Of a stretch of 64,000 nt of DNA, positions 1 to 10,297 are shown piece by piece. Location of the stretch: positions 8,900 through 72,899 of the forward strand of contig CACCPC010000003.1 of assembly GCA_902547785.1 (NCBI GenBank). The letters run 5' to 3'. The position numbers and the translations under genes were made by a program. The stretch is from an uncultured Pelagibacteraceae bacterium. GTDB lineage: Bacteria > Pseudomonadota > Alphaproteobacteria > Pelagibacterales > Pelagibacteraceae. Positions within the stretch are counted from its first letter, which is position 1. Each line of letters begins with the position of its first letter. The notes below the pieces were generated by a model, which was not told where the DNA came from, ran no database searches, and saw nothing but the letters and a program-made list of their open reading frames with translations.

Positions 1-261
1 GGTGCCAAAGGTATAAGAGTAAATGCAATAAGTGCGGGACCTATTAAAACCTTAGCAGCTTCTGCTATTGGTGATGCAAAATTCTTATATAAATGGAATG
101 AAGACCACTCATTCCTAAAAAGAAATGTTGATATTCATGATGTTGGAAATTCAGCATTGTATCTTTTAAGTGAGCTTGCAAATGGTGTTACTGGTGAAAT
201 TCACTACGTAGATGCTGGCTATAATAAAGTAGGTATGCCAGATCCTAAAAATATTACTTAA
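1..261 (+). CDS. fabI: Enoyl-ACP reductase, 3' part (truncated by the window edge)
   Basis: Frame 1 reads GAKGIRVNAISAGPIKTLAAS...GVTGEIHYVDAGY...*, a typical FabI C-terminus; TAA at 259-261. Confidence 0.93.
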   Translation, partial: GAKGIRVNAISAGPIKTLAASAIGDAKFLYKWNEDHSFLKRNVDIHDVGNSALYLLSELANGVTGEIHYVDAGYNKVGMPDPKNIT

Positions 262-263
262 TT

Positions 264-2492
264 TTAATATAAGTTTTGTCTCGATCTAACAGCTCTTAAC
301 TCTAATAAATTTTCGTGTCCTACGCCATCTTTATCAGTTCTACTAATAACAGATTTAATATTCCACCCATTATCAAAAAACCAATCAAATCCAGTTTCAA
401 AAATTATCATTGAGCTAAAGTTTTTATCAATAGTAGTGTTATATTTGGTGGTATTACCAACATAGTTAGCTTGTATATCTGATCCATCTGTAAGATCCTT
501 GCTAAAATCTAACTTAAAATAAGGAATAAATAATGAGTCGGTAAGATATATTTCTTTCTCAATGGCAGATCCTACAGAAATTGATGATGTTTCAAGTTCT
601 CTTTTACCAAATTTTAACTTTGAACTACTGCTACCTGTCTCAGAATATCCATCAAAATTTACAAAACCAAAATCAAATTTGGAATAATTGTGAAATTTAT
701 AATTTTTATGGACATTCTTGAAATTATATTTAACCGAACCAAAAACTTGTTTTGCCTTGAATTTACCTTTTACAACATTAGAAGGGTTTGAGGTGTCAAC
801 AATACGTGTTGTAGCGTAAGTAGTTTTTCCAAATCCTAAAAAAGAGTCAATATAATTTTTTTCAGATCCTTGCCAGGTATTATATAGAGAAAAATTATTA
901 GATCTTGCTAAAAATCCAGTACTATCCTTCATGCCTATATCAGATTGATCATCTTCATGCCTCAAAGCAAGTCCAAATAAAGAACCCTTATCATAATTAA
1001 CATCTGCACCTACTATAAAACTCTCAGTTCTATTTATTATTCCTAAATCACCAACTGAGCTAAGATTAAGTCTACCCTTATTAATTGAGCCAGCTGTCCA
1101 AAATGCCCAATCCTTGGGTGTCATATTATAATTTTCTTTTAAATATTTTGTTAATGGAAGTTTACTAATTAAATCATCAACATTTTTTGCAGATAAATTT
1201 TTATATTCATCAATGTAATAATCAAATAATTCAGTTGGTATTTGTTTACTGTAATTATTTTGATCATTGGCAAGAGTTAATCTCATATCTTTAATTCGAG
1301 TTGATTTATTAATTCCAACTCTTCTAAACTGTTCCATTCTACGCATGACTTGATTGGTGGTATTAAACATAAATCTTTTAGCATATTCTGTTTGAGCGTT
1401 TATCATTCCACTTACTTGTTTATCATTGAACGCGGTGTAAGTACTGCCGCTAGCTTCAGTTGAATTAATTGTTAATGTCGTTTGACCGCTTACGGTAGCG
1501 CTTTCGCCAGCTGTTCCACCATATTCAATTACATATGCTCCAACTGTATTAGTACAAGGTAAATCATTCCATTTACCTTTGTTGTCTCCAGAGCCATACA
1601 TATGAGCACAGTTTTCTTGCCCATCTCTATCACTATGATGGTCATTAGGTTCATTAGTTAGCCAATTTACATATTCATATCCTGATGCTACCGTGCAATC
1701 TGGATGAGCAGGATCAGCTTTAGGTTCAATTTTTTCCTGGCAGTGAAAAGTTTTTCCATTATCTGGTCCAGAAACCCATTCCCAAGTACCCTCACCAGCT
1801 AGTCCATGTGGAGTAGAATTACCTGCGCCACCACTAGTTATGGCTGGATGGGTATTAGATGTATATGTTGCATCATCAGATCCACCAATCCAAGTATTGG
1901 TAGCAATTTTATTTTTAATAAAATTATTTTCAGCTGCACTTGTAATTGTTACAAGATAACCTGTTAAACCTTCGTAAGTTGATGCTTCTGCTGCAGTTTT
2001 TGCATTAATCCAATTAATATTTCCCGTTACAAGTTGATAATAATGACCATTGCCTGAAAAATAATTAGTACCTGCTGGAGTTACAGCAACAGTAATTGTA
2101 GGTGATCCAGCAGCACCATCGCCTTTGAATGATAATGTTGCAAGTGCATTATTAATATCATCTTGGGTACCTCTAAAACCTATTTCTGTAAGAGAATTAC
2201 CTGTACACTGAGAAGGTACACTTGAATTATCACTTTCATAACTACAATAGCCCGCTGCCTGCATTAAATTAGTAACAGACGTTACCTTTATATTTCCATC
2301 CGATGCTACAGCTGAAACAAGAAGGGTTCCTGTGTAACCACTAATACTAGGTGTTGTTCCTGAGCTTGATAATAAAACAAAATCAGTTGTATCAGTTGTT
2401 AAAGTTGAAGGCATAGTAACTGTGCCTGAATAAACTTTATTACTGTTAAATAAAAATAATAAAATAATCAAACTTAAAACAGCAACTCTCAT
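264..2492 (-). CDS. Autotransporter-like outer-membrane adhesin with a C-type lectin domain
   Basis: Signal peptide; Thr/Ser-rich beta region with GTQDDINNALATLSF; CTL motifs GHYY, YLVTITS..EN, WIG, EPN, ENC, WND, YVIEY; C-terminal ~280 aa of amphipathic beta strands resembling an autotransporter barrel. Confidence 0.75.
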   Translation of the reverse strand: MRVAVLSLIILLFLFNSNKVYSGTVTMPSTLTTDTTDFVLLSSSGTTPSISGYTGTLLVSAVASDGNIKVTSVTNLMQAAGYCSYESDNSSVPSQCTGNSLTEIGFRGTQDDINNALATLSFKGDGAAGSPTITVAVTPAGTNYFSGNGHYYQLVTGNINWINAKTAAEASTYEGLTGYLVTITSAAENNFIKNKIATNTWIGGSDDATYTSNTHPAITSGGAGNSTPHGLAGEGTWEWVSGPDNGKTFHCQEKIEPKADPAHPDCTVASGYEYVNWLTNEPNDHHSDRDGQENCAHMYGSGDNKGKWNDLPCTNTVGAYVIEYGGTAGESATVSGQTTLTINSTEASGSTYTAFNDKQVSGMINAQTEYAKRFMFNTTNQVMRRMEQFRRVGINKSTRIKDMRLTLANDQNNYSKQIPTELFDYYIDEYKNLSAKNVDDLISKLPLTKYLKENYNMTPKDWAFWTAGSINKGRLNLSSVGDLGIINRTESFIVGADVNYDKGSLFGLALRHEDDQSDIGMKDSTGFLARSNNFSLYNTWQGSEKNYIDSFLGFGKTTYATTRIVDTSNPSNVVKGKFKAKQVFGSVKYNFKNVHKNYKFHNYSKFDFGFVNFDGYSETGSSSSKLKFGKRELETSSISVGSAIEKEIYLTDSLFIPYFKLDFSKDLTDGSDIQANYVGNTTKYNTTIDKNFSSMIIFETGFDWFFDNGWNIKSVISRTDKDGVGHENLLELRAVRSRQNLY

Positions 2493-2539
2493 AAAATAAT
2501 TTTAATTATTCTACTTATTTCTTGATTTACATTTTAAAC

Positions 2540-4606
2540 CTAAGCTTGTTTGATAGAAAGTTTTACCTTTCCTCTATCAAATCCAATCACTTTTACTTTT
2601 ACCTCATCACCTTCTTTGACAACATCAGTAACTTTAGCAACTCTTTTATCCGCAAGTTCAGAAATATGAACAAGTCCATCTTGCTTGCCTAAAAAGTTTA
2701 CAAATGCTCCAAATTCCATAATTTTCATTACTTTACCTGAATAAATTTTATTCAATTCAGCTTTTGCAGTGATGTCTTTAATCATTTGCATAGCAATATT
2801 TCTAGCTTCTTCATCTGGTGCAGCAACTGTCACTACGCCCTCATCATTAACATCAACTTTCGCACCTGATTTTTCTACAATCTCTCTTATTGTAGCTCCT
2901 CCTTTTCCAATTACGGCAGCAATGTCTTTTTTATCAACATTAATTTTTTCCATTTTTGGAGTGTGTTTTCCAACATCTGATCTTGAAGCTGATAATGCTT
3001 TATTCATTTCACCTAAAATATGAATTCTTCCATCTTTTGCTTGATTTAATGCCTGTTCCATAATTTCAAAGGTAATTCCAGTGATTTTAATATCCATTTG
3101 AAGTGAAGTAATTCCATTCTTAGTTCCAGCTACTTTAAAATCCATATCCCCAAGATGATCTTCATCACCTAAAATATCTGATAAGACGCTAAACTCATCT
3201 CCTTCTTTAATCAATCCCATTGCGATACCTGCAACAGGTTCTTTGATCGGCACACCCGCATCCATTAATGCAAGTGATGTTCCACAAACAGTAGCCATTG
3301 ATGAAGAGCCGTTAGATTCTGTAATTTCTGAGACAACTCTAAATGTATAAGGAAATGACTCACTTGATGGTAATGAAGAGTGAATAGCTCTCCAAGCTAA
3401 TTTACCATGTCCTATTTCTCTTCTACCAGTTCCTATTCTACCTGTTTCACCAACTGAGAACGGTGGAAAATTATAGTGAAGCATAAACCTTTCTCTTTGT
3501 AATCCATCTAAGCTTTCGATTCTTTGTTCATCATCTGAGGTTCCTAAAGTTGCAGTTACAATTGCTTGTGTTTCTCCCCTAGTAAATAAAGCCGAGCCAT
3601 GAGTTCTTGGTAAAATTCCTACCTCACAAGAAATAGGTCTAACATCAGATAATCCTCTACCATCAATTCTGTTTTTATTTTTAAGAATGTCAGTCCTTAC
3701 TATTGATTTTTCAAGATTTTTAAGCTCAGAATTTACATCAAGATCAGTATAATTTTCATCCTCCTCATAAAGTTTTTTTGCTTTATCAGTGATCTCTGAA
3801 ATTTGGTTTGATCTATCTTGTTTATCTCTGGTCGCAAAAGCTTTTTTAAGATCTTCAGTAAATGTTTCTTCAAGTTTTTTCTTTACATCAGATAGATCTT
3901 TCTTTTCAACAGTCCATTCAGGTTTTCTGCACTCTTTTGCGAGCTCCTCAATCATTTCAATCACAGGAACAAAGCCCTCATGACCAAATTTAACTGCATT
4001 TAACATTTCTTCCTCTGTTAAACCGCTTGCTTCAGATTCAACCATTAACACAGCATCTTTTGTGCCTGCTACGACTAAATCTAATTTTGATTTTTCCAAA
4101 TCAATCTTTGATGGGTTTAAAACATATTTGCCATCAATATAACCAACTCTAGAAACTCCTACCGGCCCCATAAATGGCATGCCTGAAATTGCTAATGCTG
4201 CTGACGATGCTGTAATAGATAAAATATCAGCTTCGTTTTCTTTATCATAAGAAATTACAGTTGGTAACAACTGAACTTCATTTTTAAATTCATCTGGGAA
4301 TAATGGTCTAATAGGTCTGTCAATTAATCTTGAAATTAACGTTTCACTTTCAGTTGGCCTTGCCTCTCTTTTGAAATATCCACCTGGAATTTTTCCAGCT
4401 GCATAATACTTTTCTTGATAGTTCACAGATAATGGAAAATAATCCATGTCTGGATTTACTTTTTTTGCTCCCACCACTGTTGCTAAAACAACTGTCTCTC
4501 CACATGTTGCTATAATTGCTCCGTCTGCTTGTCTTGCTACTTTACCCGTTTCTAAACTTATTTTCTTACCTGCTACTTCAATTTCCTTCTTATAAACTTT
4601 AAACAT
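2540..4606 (-). CDS. pnp: Polyribonucleotide nucleotidyltransferase (PNPase)
   Basis: [36 protein letters not shown]; KH and S1 domains. Confidence 0.99.
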   Translation of the reverse strand: MFKVYKKEIEVAGKKISLETGKVARQADGAIIATCGETVVLATVVGAKKVNPDMDYFPLSVNYQEKYYAAGKIPGGYFKREARPTESETLISRLIDRPIRPLFPDEFKNEVQLLPTVISYDKENEADILSITASSAALAISGMPFMGPVGVSRVGYIDGKYVLNPSKIDLEKSKLDLVVAGTKDAVLMVESEASGLTEEEMLNAVKFGHEGFVPVIEMIEELAKECRKPEWTVEKKDLSDVKKKLEETFTEDLKKAFATRDKQDRSNQISEITDKAKKLYEEDENYTDLDVNSELKNLEKSIVRTDILKNKNRIDGRGLSDVRPISCEVGILPRTHGSALFTRGETQAIVTATLGTSDDEQRIESLDGLQRERFMLHYNFPPFSVGETGRIGTGRREIGHGKLAWRAIHSSLPSSESFPYTFRVVSEITESNGSSSMATVCGTSLALMDAGVPIKEPVAGIAMGLIKEGDEFSVLSDILGDEDHLGDMDFKVAGTKNGITSLQMDIKITGITFEIMEQALNQAKDGRIHILGEMNKALSASRSDVGKHTPKMEKINVDKKDIAAVIGKGGATIREIVEKSGAKVDVNDEGVVTVAAPDEEARNIAMQMIKDITAKAELNKIYSGKVMKIMEFGAFVNFLGKQDGLVHISELADKRVAKVTDVVKEGDEVKVKVIGFDRGKVKLSIKQA

Positions 4607-4663
4607 TTCATTTCCATTTCGTTTCGTTCTTTTCGTTCCATTCCATTCTATCTATCTTGACTT
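4607..4663 (-). repeat. Purine-rich, degenerate 4-6-mer repeat tract forming the rpsO-pnp spacer
   Basis: Minus strand reads GATA GATA GAATG GAATG GAAC GAAAA GAAC GAAAC GAAATG GAAAT GAA then ATG. Confidence 0.6.
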
Positions 4664-4912
4664 TTATTTTCTCAAATTCAGTTTCGACAGTACATTTTTG
4701 TAAGAGTCCAATTTATTATTTTTTAAGTACTCTAACAATTTTTTTCTTCTATTGACCGCCCTCAACAATCCTACAGATGAATGTTTATCTTTTTTGAATT
4801 GTTTAATGTGTTTAGAGAGCGCTTCAATTTTTTCCGTTAACAAAGCAATTTGAACTTCTGACGAACCAGTGTCCTTATCGTGCATTGCTAATTCTTGTGC
4901 TTTTTTACTCAT
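4664..4912 (-). CDS. rpsO: 30S ribosomal protein S15
   Basis: DTGSSEVQIALLT, KKDKHSSVGL; immediately upstream of pnp. Confidence 0.97.
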   Translation of the reverse strand: MSKKAQELAMHDKDTGSSEVQIALLTEKIEALSKHIKQFKKDKHSSVGLLRAVNRRKKLLEYLKNNKLDSYKNVLSKLNLRK

Positions 4913-4924
4913 GCTTTACTTTTC

Positions 4925-5293
4925 CTATTTATTTGTTTGTTTTATTAAGTTTTCTATTTTTTCCGCATACTCAAAAGACTCGTCTTTTCTAAAAAGTAAT
5001 TTTGGTAAAAATTTCATAACCACTTTTTGTGATAAAATTTTTCTAATTAAAAATGAATAATCTTTTAAGATATTAACTGTTTCCTCTGCATCTTTCCCTC
5101 CTAGTGGAAGAACATAAGCTTTAGCAATTTTTAAGTCTGGGCTCATTCTTACCTCAGTAACTGTAATATTATTTGTTTCTAAGTTCGGCACCTTAGCCTC
5201 ATTTCTTATAAAAATCATGCTTAAAGACTGCTTAATCATTTCTCCAACTCTAAGTTGTCTTTGAGATAATGGTTTTCCTATTCGATCTGCCAT
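4925..5293 (-). CDS. rbfA: Ribosome-binding factor A
   Basis: RQLRVGE, VTEVRMSPDLK.A, P.L.F..D.S motifs; follows infB. Confidence 0.97.
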   Translation of the reverse strand: MADRIGKPLSQRQLRVGEMIKQSLSMIFIRNEAKVPNLETNNITVTEVRMSPDLKIAKAYVLPLGGKDAEETVNILKDYSFLIRKILSQKVVMKFLPKLLFRKDESFEYAEKIENLIKQTNK

Positions 5294-7464
5294 TAAATCG
5301 ACCTCTCTGTAGATGAAACACTAAAAGCCTCTATTGTGTCATTTTTTTGGAAATCCATATAATCTTTCAACGTAATACCACATTCTTGACCACCACTAAC
5401 CTGCTTAACTTGGTTTTTTTCTCTAAATATTGAAGAAACTTTTCCTGTATAGATTATAGCACCATCTCTTATAATTCTTACATCTGATGTGCTATTGATT
5501 TCTCCTTCCGTCACTTTTGATCCTGCCACTTTGCCTGCTCCTGAAACTTTGAAAATCTCTAAAATTTGAGCTGAGCCTGTAATTTTTTCTTTTAAATCTG
5601 GTGATAATAATCCAGACATCTTTTTTTTAATATAATCTAAAACTTCATAAATTATGTTGTAGGAAGAAATTTTTATCTTTTCATTTTCTGCAAGTTTTTT
5701 AGCTTCTTTACTCGGCTTAACATTAAATGCAATTAGAACAGCGTTTGATGCTTTTGCTAAAGTAACATCTGTCTCCGTTACCATACCTATATCAGCTAAA
5801 ATTATTTTTGGTTTTACTTCATCATGTTTAATTTGACTAATCGCATTTTTAATTGCTTCTGAAGATCCATGAACGTCTGATTTGATTATTAAATTAAGTT
5901 CTTTTGATAAATTATTTGAGAATGCAGACTCTTGCGTGGCAAAAGATAAAGGATTTTTTCGCTCTTTACTTTCCTGAGCTCTGTTTTCACTTAGTGTTTT
6001 AACTTCTTTCTCTGTCTCTAAAACAATAAAATCATCTCCAGCTTTTGATGCACCGTTAATTCCTAAAACTTCTACTGGTGTTGAGGGTAAGGCTTCATCA
6101 ATATTTTGTCCCCTGTCATTGATAATTGCTCTAACTTTACCCCATTTCAACCCACTTACAAAGAAATCGCCTTTCTTAAGCATACCAGTTGTTACAATTA
6201 TATTCGCAACAGGTCCCCTACCTATGTCTATTTTTGACTCTAATACAATGCCAGTTGCTTTAGACTGAAAATCAGTTTTAAGATCTAATATTTCAGCTTG
6301 AAGAATTATTGACTCAACTAATTTATCTAAATTTTTTTTTGTCTTGGTTGATATTTCAACCATTAAAGTGTCTCCAGAAAGATCCTCAGCAATTAATTCG
6401 TGCTCCAATAATTGATTTTTTATCTTTTGCGGATCAGCTTCTGGTAAATCGCATTTATTAATTGCAACTACTATCGGAACATTTGCTGCTTTGGCATGCC
6501 TAATAGACTCTACAGTTTGAGGTTTTACTCCATCATCTGCAGCAACAACTAATACAACTAGGTCGGTCAATTTTGACCCTCTTGCCCTCATTTCTGTGAA
6601 AGCGGCATGACCTGGCGTATCTATAAATGTTAATTTGTTTCCTTGGTTTTCTATTTGATAAGCTCCTATGTGTTGTGTAATTCCACCAAATTCCCCTGAA
6701 ACAACGTTAGCACTTCTTAAAACATCTAGCACGGATGTTTTACCATGGTCAACATGGCCCATAACAGTAACAATAGGTGGTCTATTTTTTAAATTTGCAG
6801 CTCTTGATGCTTTAATTTTTTCAATTATTTCCTCTGCTTTTTCCTCTCTTATAGGATTATGTCCAAATTCTTTAACTAAATACTCTGCAGTATCAGCAGC
6901 TAGTGTCTGATTAATTGTAACTGTAACACCCATTCCAAATAAGTGTTTAATTACATTACTTGATTGTTCTGCCATTCTATTTGCAAGTTCTCTTACCGTG
7001 ATGGCCTCTGGTATATTAATATCTCTTTTTATAGGTTTAAGACTCTCTTTAATTTGGTCTTTATTTTGTATTTTATTTTCTTTTTCTCGTGCCCTCTTAA
7101 CAGAGGCTAAACTTCTTTCTCTTGCTTCTATCTCATCACTTAGTGCTCTAGATACTGTAAGCTTAACTTCTCTTTTTTTTGTACCTGATTTAAGTTTTTT
7201 ATCTTTATTAACAGAATCGTCTTTAAGTCTTTTTGTAGCTCTTTGTTCTGCAAGTTTTCTTTTCTCAAAATCATTTGGATTAACTTGGGCTTTTGTTGAA
7301 AACTTTACTTTATTTGGTCTAAATGCACTCCCTTTTTTAGCAAACTTGTTTTGAGGTTTTTCAATTATAACAGAATTTTTTCCTTGTGATTTTGAAGTCT
7401 CAAAATTCTTAAAAGGTTTTTTTGGTTTTCCCGAAATAGTTAATTTTAATTTTTTGTTTTCCAT
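5293..7464 (-). CDS. infB: Translation initiation factor IF-2
   Basis: GHVDHGKT, GGITQHIGAY, DTPGH, NKCD, GQECGI. Confidence 0.99.
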   Translation of the reverse strand: MENKKLKLTISGKPKKPFKNFETSKSQGKNSVIIEKPQNKFAKKGSAFRPNKVKFSTKAQVNPNDFEKRKLAEQRATKRLKDDSVNKDKKLKSGTKKREVKLTVSRALSDEIEARERSLASVKRAREKENKIQNKDQIKESLKPIKRDINIPEAITVRELANRMAEQSSNVIKHLFGMGVTVTINQTLAADTAEYLVKEFGHNPIREEKAEEIIEKIKASRAANLKNRPPIVTVMGHVDHGKTSVLDVLRSANVVSGEFGGITQHIGAYQIENQGNKLTFIDTPGHAAFTEMRARGSKLTDLVVLVVAADDGVKPQTVESIRHAKAANVPIVVAINKCDLPEADPQKIKNQLLEHELIAEDLSGDTLMVEISTKTKKNLDKLVESIILQAEILDLKTDFQSKATGIVLESKIDIGRGPVANIIVTTGMLKKGDFFVSGLKWGKVRAIINDRGQNIDEALPSTPVEVLGINGASKAGDDFIVLETEKEVKTLSENRAQESKERKNPLSFATQESAFSNNLSKELNLIIKSDVHGSSEAIKNAISQIKHDEVKPKIILADIGMVTETDVTLAKASNAVLIAFNVKPSKEAKKLAENEKIKISSYNIIYEVLDYIKKKMSGLLSPDLKEKITGSAQILEIFKVSGAGKVAGSKVTEGEINSTSDVRIIRDGAIIYTGKVSSIFREKNQVKQVSGGQECGITLKDYMDFQKNDTIEAFSVSSTERSI

Positions 7465-7474
7465 AAACCATTAC

Positions 7475-9028
7475 TCAATCTTTATAAACTATATCTCTGG
7501 CTGACATTATTAGGCTGTCAGCTTCTTCTTTTGATAATGCAAAATCCTCAAGATAACCCTCAATTTTTACTTTTGAACCTCTAACAACATCATATCCACC
7601 TGTTAATTCATCAGATGCGAGATCAGCAAAATTCTCAAGAGTTAGTATTTTTTTTTCACCCAATGTAACTAACATTCCTGGGGTTAAACCTTTTAGGTTT
7701 ATTAAAGACTCCTCAAGGCCAAGCTCTTTAATTCTTTTTGAAATATCTTCTTGATCTCTCTCGTAAAATTCTTTAGCTCTTTCAATTAATGCTTTTGCAG
7801 TATCCTCTTCAATACCTTCTATCTTCAATAAATTTTCAGCTGAACTATCTTTAATGTCATCAATTGTTGAAAAACCTTCAGCTACAAGTAATTGTCCTAG
7901 AGTTTCGTCTAATTCTAAATTTTTTACAAAATTTTCAGTTTTCTCCTTAAACTCAATCTGTCTTCTCTCCGAATCCTCTTGATCAGTCATTATATTAATT
8001 TCATAGTTCAGAAGTTTTGTTGCTAATCTAACATTTTGACCTCTTCTTCCGATTGCTTTACTCAAATTTTCCTCACTTAAAATAACATCCAATTTCTTTC
8101 TTTCTATATCAACATTAACTCTCATTACGTCAGCTGGCGATAACGCGTTTGAAACTAAAATTGCTGGATCTTCTGACCAATTTACAATATCAATTTTTTC
8201 ACCTTGAAGTTCATTCACTACAGCTTGCACTCTTGAACCCCTCATTCCAACACAAGCTCCTACTGGATCTAATGATGTATCCACGGCTTTTACACAAATT
8301 TTTGCTCTACTGCCAGGATCTCTCGATGAGGATTTTATCTCTATAAGACCATCATAAATTTCTGGAACTTCTTGAATAAATAACTTTTCCATAAACTTTG
8401 TATGTGCTCTTGACAAAAATATTTGTTGTCCACGTTGTTCTCTTCTAACATCAAAACAATATGCTTTAATTCTATCTCCAGCTTTAATTATTTCTCTAGG
8501 TATAAGTTCGTTTTTTTGAATAATAGCTTCGGTCCTTCCTAAATCGACTATGACATTGCCAAATTCTAATCTTTTAACTATTCCACTTAATATACTATCT
8601 TTTTTATCAATAAACTCATTGAATTGTCTGTCACGTTCAGCATCCCTTACATTTGAACTAATAACTTGTTTAGCAATTTGAGCGGCGATACGACCAAAAT
8701 CAAACGAAGGTAATGGTTGTAACACTTCATCTCCAACTGATTTACCTTTGTTACTATCGTTTAGATTTATTGCATCCTCGAGCTTAATTTCCGTATTTGA
8801 ATTTTCTGGATTTTCTGAAACGACTAATTTTCTAAAAATTTCTATATTTCCATTATCTCTATTGATAAGAACTTTTATTTCGTTTTCTTGGCCAAATTTA
8901 GATTTTGCAGCCTTTGCAATTCCAATCTCCATTGAATTAATAATAAGCTCTTTATCAATAGACTTTTCCAATGCAACGGCTTCGGCTATTCTTAATAATT
9001 CAAGTTTATCAGCTCTTTTATTTAACAT
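7475..9028 (-). CDS. nusA: Transcription elongation/termination factor NusA (start moved from 9067 to 9028)
   Basis: FGRIAAQ, RDPGSRAKI, DPVGACVG.RGSRV, AIGRRGQNVRLA; the longer ORF's first 13 codons run through a terminator-like hairpin, and a GGGGA RBS precedes ATG 9028. Confidence 0.97.
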   Translation of the reverse strand: MLNKRADKLELLRIAEAVALEKSIDKELIINSMEIGIAKAAKSKFGQENEIKVLINRDNGNIEIFRKLVVSENPENSNTEIKLEDAINLNDSNKGKSVGDEVLQPLPSFDFGRIAAQIAKQVISSNVRDAERDRQFNEFIDKKDSILSGIVKRLEFGNVIVDLGRTEAIIQKNELIPREIIKAGDRIKAYCFDVRREQRGQQIFLSRAHTKFMEKLFIQEVPEIYDGLIEIKSSSRDPGSRAKICVKAVDTSLDPVGACVGMRGSRVQAVVNELQGEKIDIVNWSEDPAILVSNALSPADVMRVNVDIERKKLDVILSEENLSKAIGRRGQNVRLATKLLNYEINIMTDQEDSERRQIEFKEKTENFVKNLELDETLGQLLVAEGFSTIDDIKDSSAENLLKIEGIEEDTAKALIERAKEFYERDQEDISKRIKELGLEESLINLKGLTPGMLVTLGEKKILTLENFADLASDELTGGYDVVRGSKVKIEGYLEDFALSKEEADSLIMSARDIVYKD

Positions 9029-9043
9029 ATTTTTGTTTTCCCC

Positions 9044-9070
9044 AAAAAAAAATGGGCAAATGCCCATTTT
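9044..9070 (-). terminator. Intrinsic terminator/attenuator directly upstream of nusA (rimP-leader-like)
   Basis: Minus strand AAAATGGGC-ATTT-GCCCA followed by T9, then GGGGA RBS. Confidence 0.75.
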
Positions 9071-9093
9071 GTAAAGTTCAATAATGTAAGTGA

Positions 9094-9121
9094 AATATAG
9101 TAAAGTTTTTTTTTAATTCAA
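9094..9121 (-). promoter_or_regulatory. Putative sigma70 promoter for the nusA operon leader
   Basis: TTGAAT-N16-TATATT on the minus strand between the metK stop and the hairpin. Confidence 0.4.
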
Positions 9122-9127
9122 CAGAAA

Positions 9128-10297
9128 CTATTTTGAAAAAATGCTTGTTTTATCAGTTTTTTCCCATGAAAATGCACCATTGCTTTCTGCCATTCTACCA
9201 AAATGACCATAGGCAGCAGTTTTTTCATATATAGGTTTGTTAAGATCTAACATTTCTCTAATTCCTCTTGGACTTAAATCAAAATTTTCCTCTATCTTTT
9301 TTATAACAAATTTATTTTTATCTAAATCATTATCAAATAAATTAACATAAATTGATAAAGGTTTCGAAACACCAATTGCATAAGCTAATTGAATTAAACA
9401 CTTATCTGCAATTTTCGAACCAACAATATTTTTAGCGATATACCTTGCTGCATAGGCTGCTGACCTATCAACTTTTGTTGGATCTTTACCTGAAAAAGCA
9501 CCCCCACCGTGAGGTGCTGCTCCACCATACGTATCAACTATAATTTTTCTACCTGTCAAACCACAATCACCATCAGGGCCACCAATAACAAAATTACCTG
9601 TTGGATTAACATAAAACTCGTCTTCATTAAAATCTTTGAGAAATTTTTCAGGTATAGATTTTAAAAGGTAAGGTCTTAACAAATCTCTGACTTGTGCTTG
9701 ATTTATATCAGCTGAATGTTGAGAAGAAATAACAACAGATTTTACTTTTGATGGTTTTCCTTCAACATACTCAAATGTTACTTGGCTTTTAGAGTCTGGT
9801 TCAATATTTTTTAGTTTTCCTGATTTTCTGTCTTCAGCCATTAGTCTTAAAATTTTGTGAGAATAATGTATAGGCGCTGGCATTAATTCTTCAGTTTCAC
9901 TACATGCATAACCGAACATGATGCCCTGATCTCCAGCTCCCTCATCTTTATTACCTGAAGAGTCAACTCCTATAGCAATATCAGCAGATTGAGAATGTAA
10001 ATGACTTTCAATTTTAGTCGCTTCTTTCCAAGTAAAGCCCTCCTGGTCGTAACCAATATCTTTAATACAACCTCTAACTTTCTCAATTAATTCATCTTTT
10101 TTAATTTCAGGTCCTCTTACTTCACCTGCTAAAACAACTTTATTGGTCGTGGTTAATGTTTCACAAGCTACTCTGGAATATGGATCTCCAGAAATATAAG
10201 TATCAACAACCATATCAGATATTCTATCAGAAACTTTATCTGGGTGTCCTTCAGATACGGACTCGCTAGTGAAAAGATAATTTTTTAAATTACTCAT
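9128..10297 (-). CDS. metK: S-adenosylmethionine synthetase
   Basis: [35 protein letters not shown]. Confidence 0.99.
   Translation of the reverse strand: MSNLKNYLFTSESVSEGHPDKVSDRISDMVVDTYISGDPYSRVACETLTTTNKVVLAGEVRGPEIKKDELIEKVRGCIKDIGYDQEGFTWKEATKIESHLHSQSADIAIGVDSSGNKDEGAGDQGIMFGYACSETEELMPAPIHYSHKILRLMAEDRKSGKLKNIEPDSKSQVTFEYVEGKPSKVKSVVISSQHSADINQAQVRDLLRPYLLKSIPEKFLKDFNEDEFYVNPTGNFVIGGPDGDCGLTGRKIIVDTYGGAAPHGGGAFSGKDPTKVDRSAAYAARYIAKNIVGSKIADKCLIQLAYAIGVSKPLSIYVNLFDNDLDKNKFVIKKIEENFDLSPRGIREMLDLNKPIYEKTAAYGHFGRMAESNGAFSWEKTDKTSIFSK

Noticed and set aside
9029-9067. N-terminal extension of NusA given by the ORF track
   Set aside because: It runs through a terminator hairpin and T-tract; the RBS supports ATG 9028.
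2769-9074. Short plus-strand ORFs antisense to pnp, rbfA, infB and nusA (e.g. 2769-3023, 6998-7354, 8748-9074)
   Set aside because: Shadow ORFs of well-conserved genes; Ser/Phe/Leu-rich antisense composition and no motifs.
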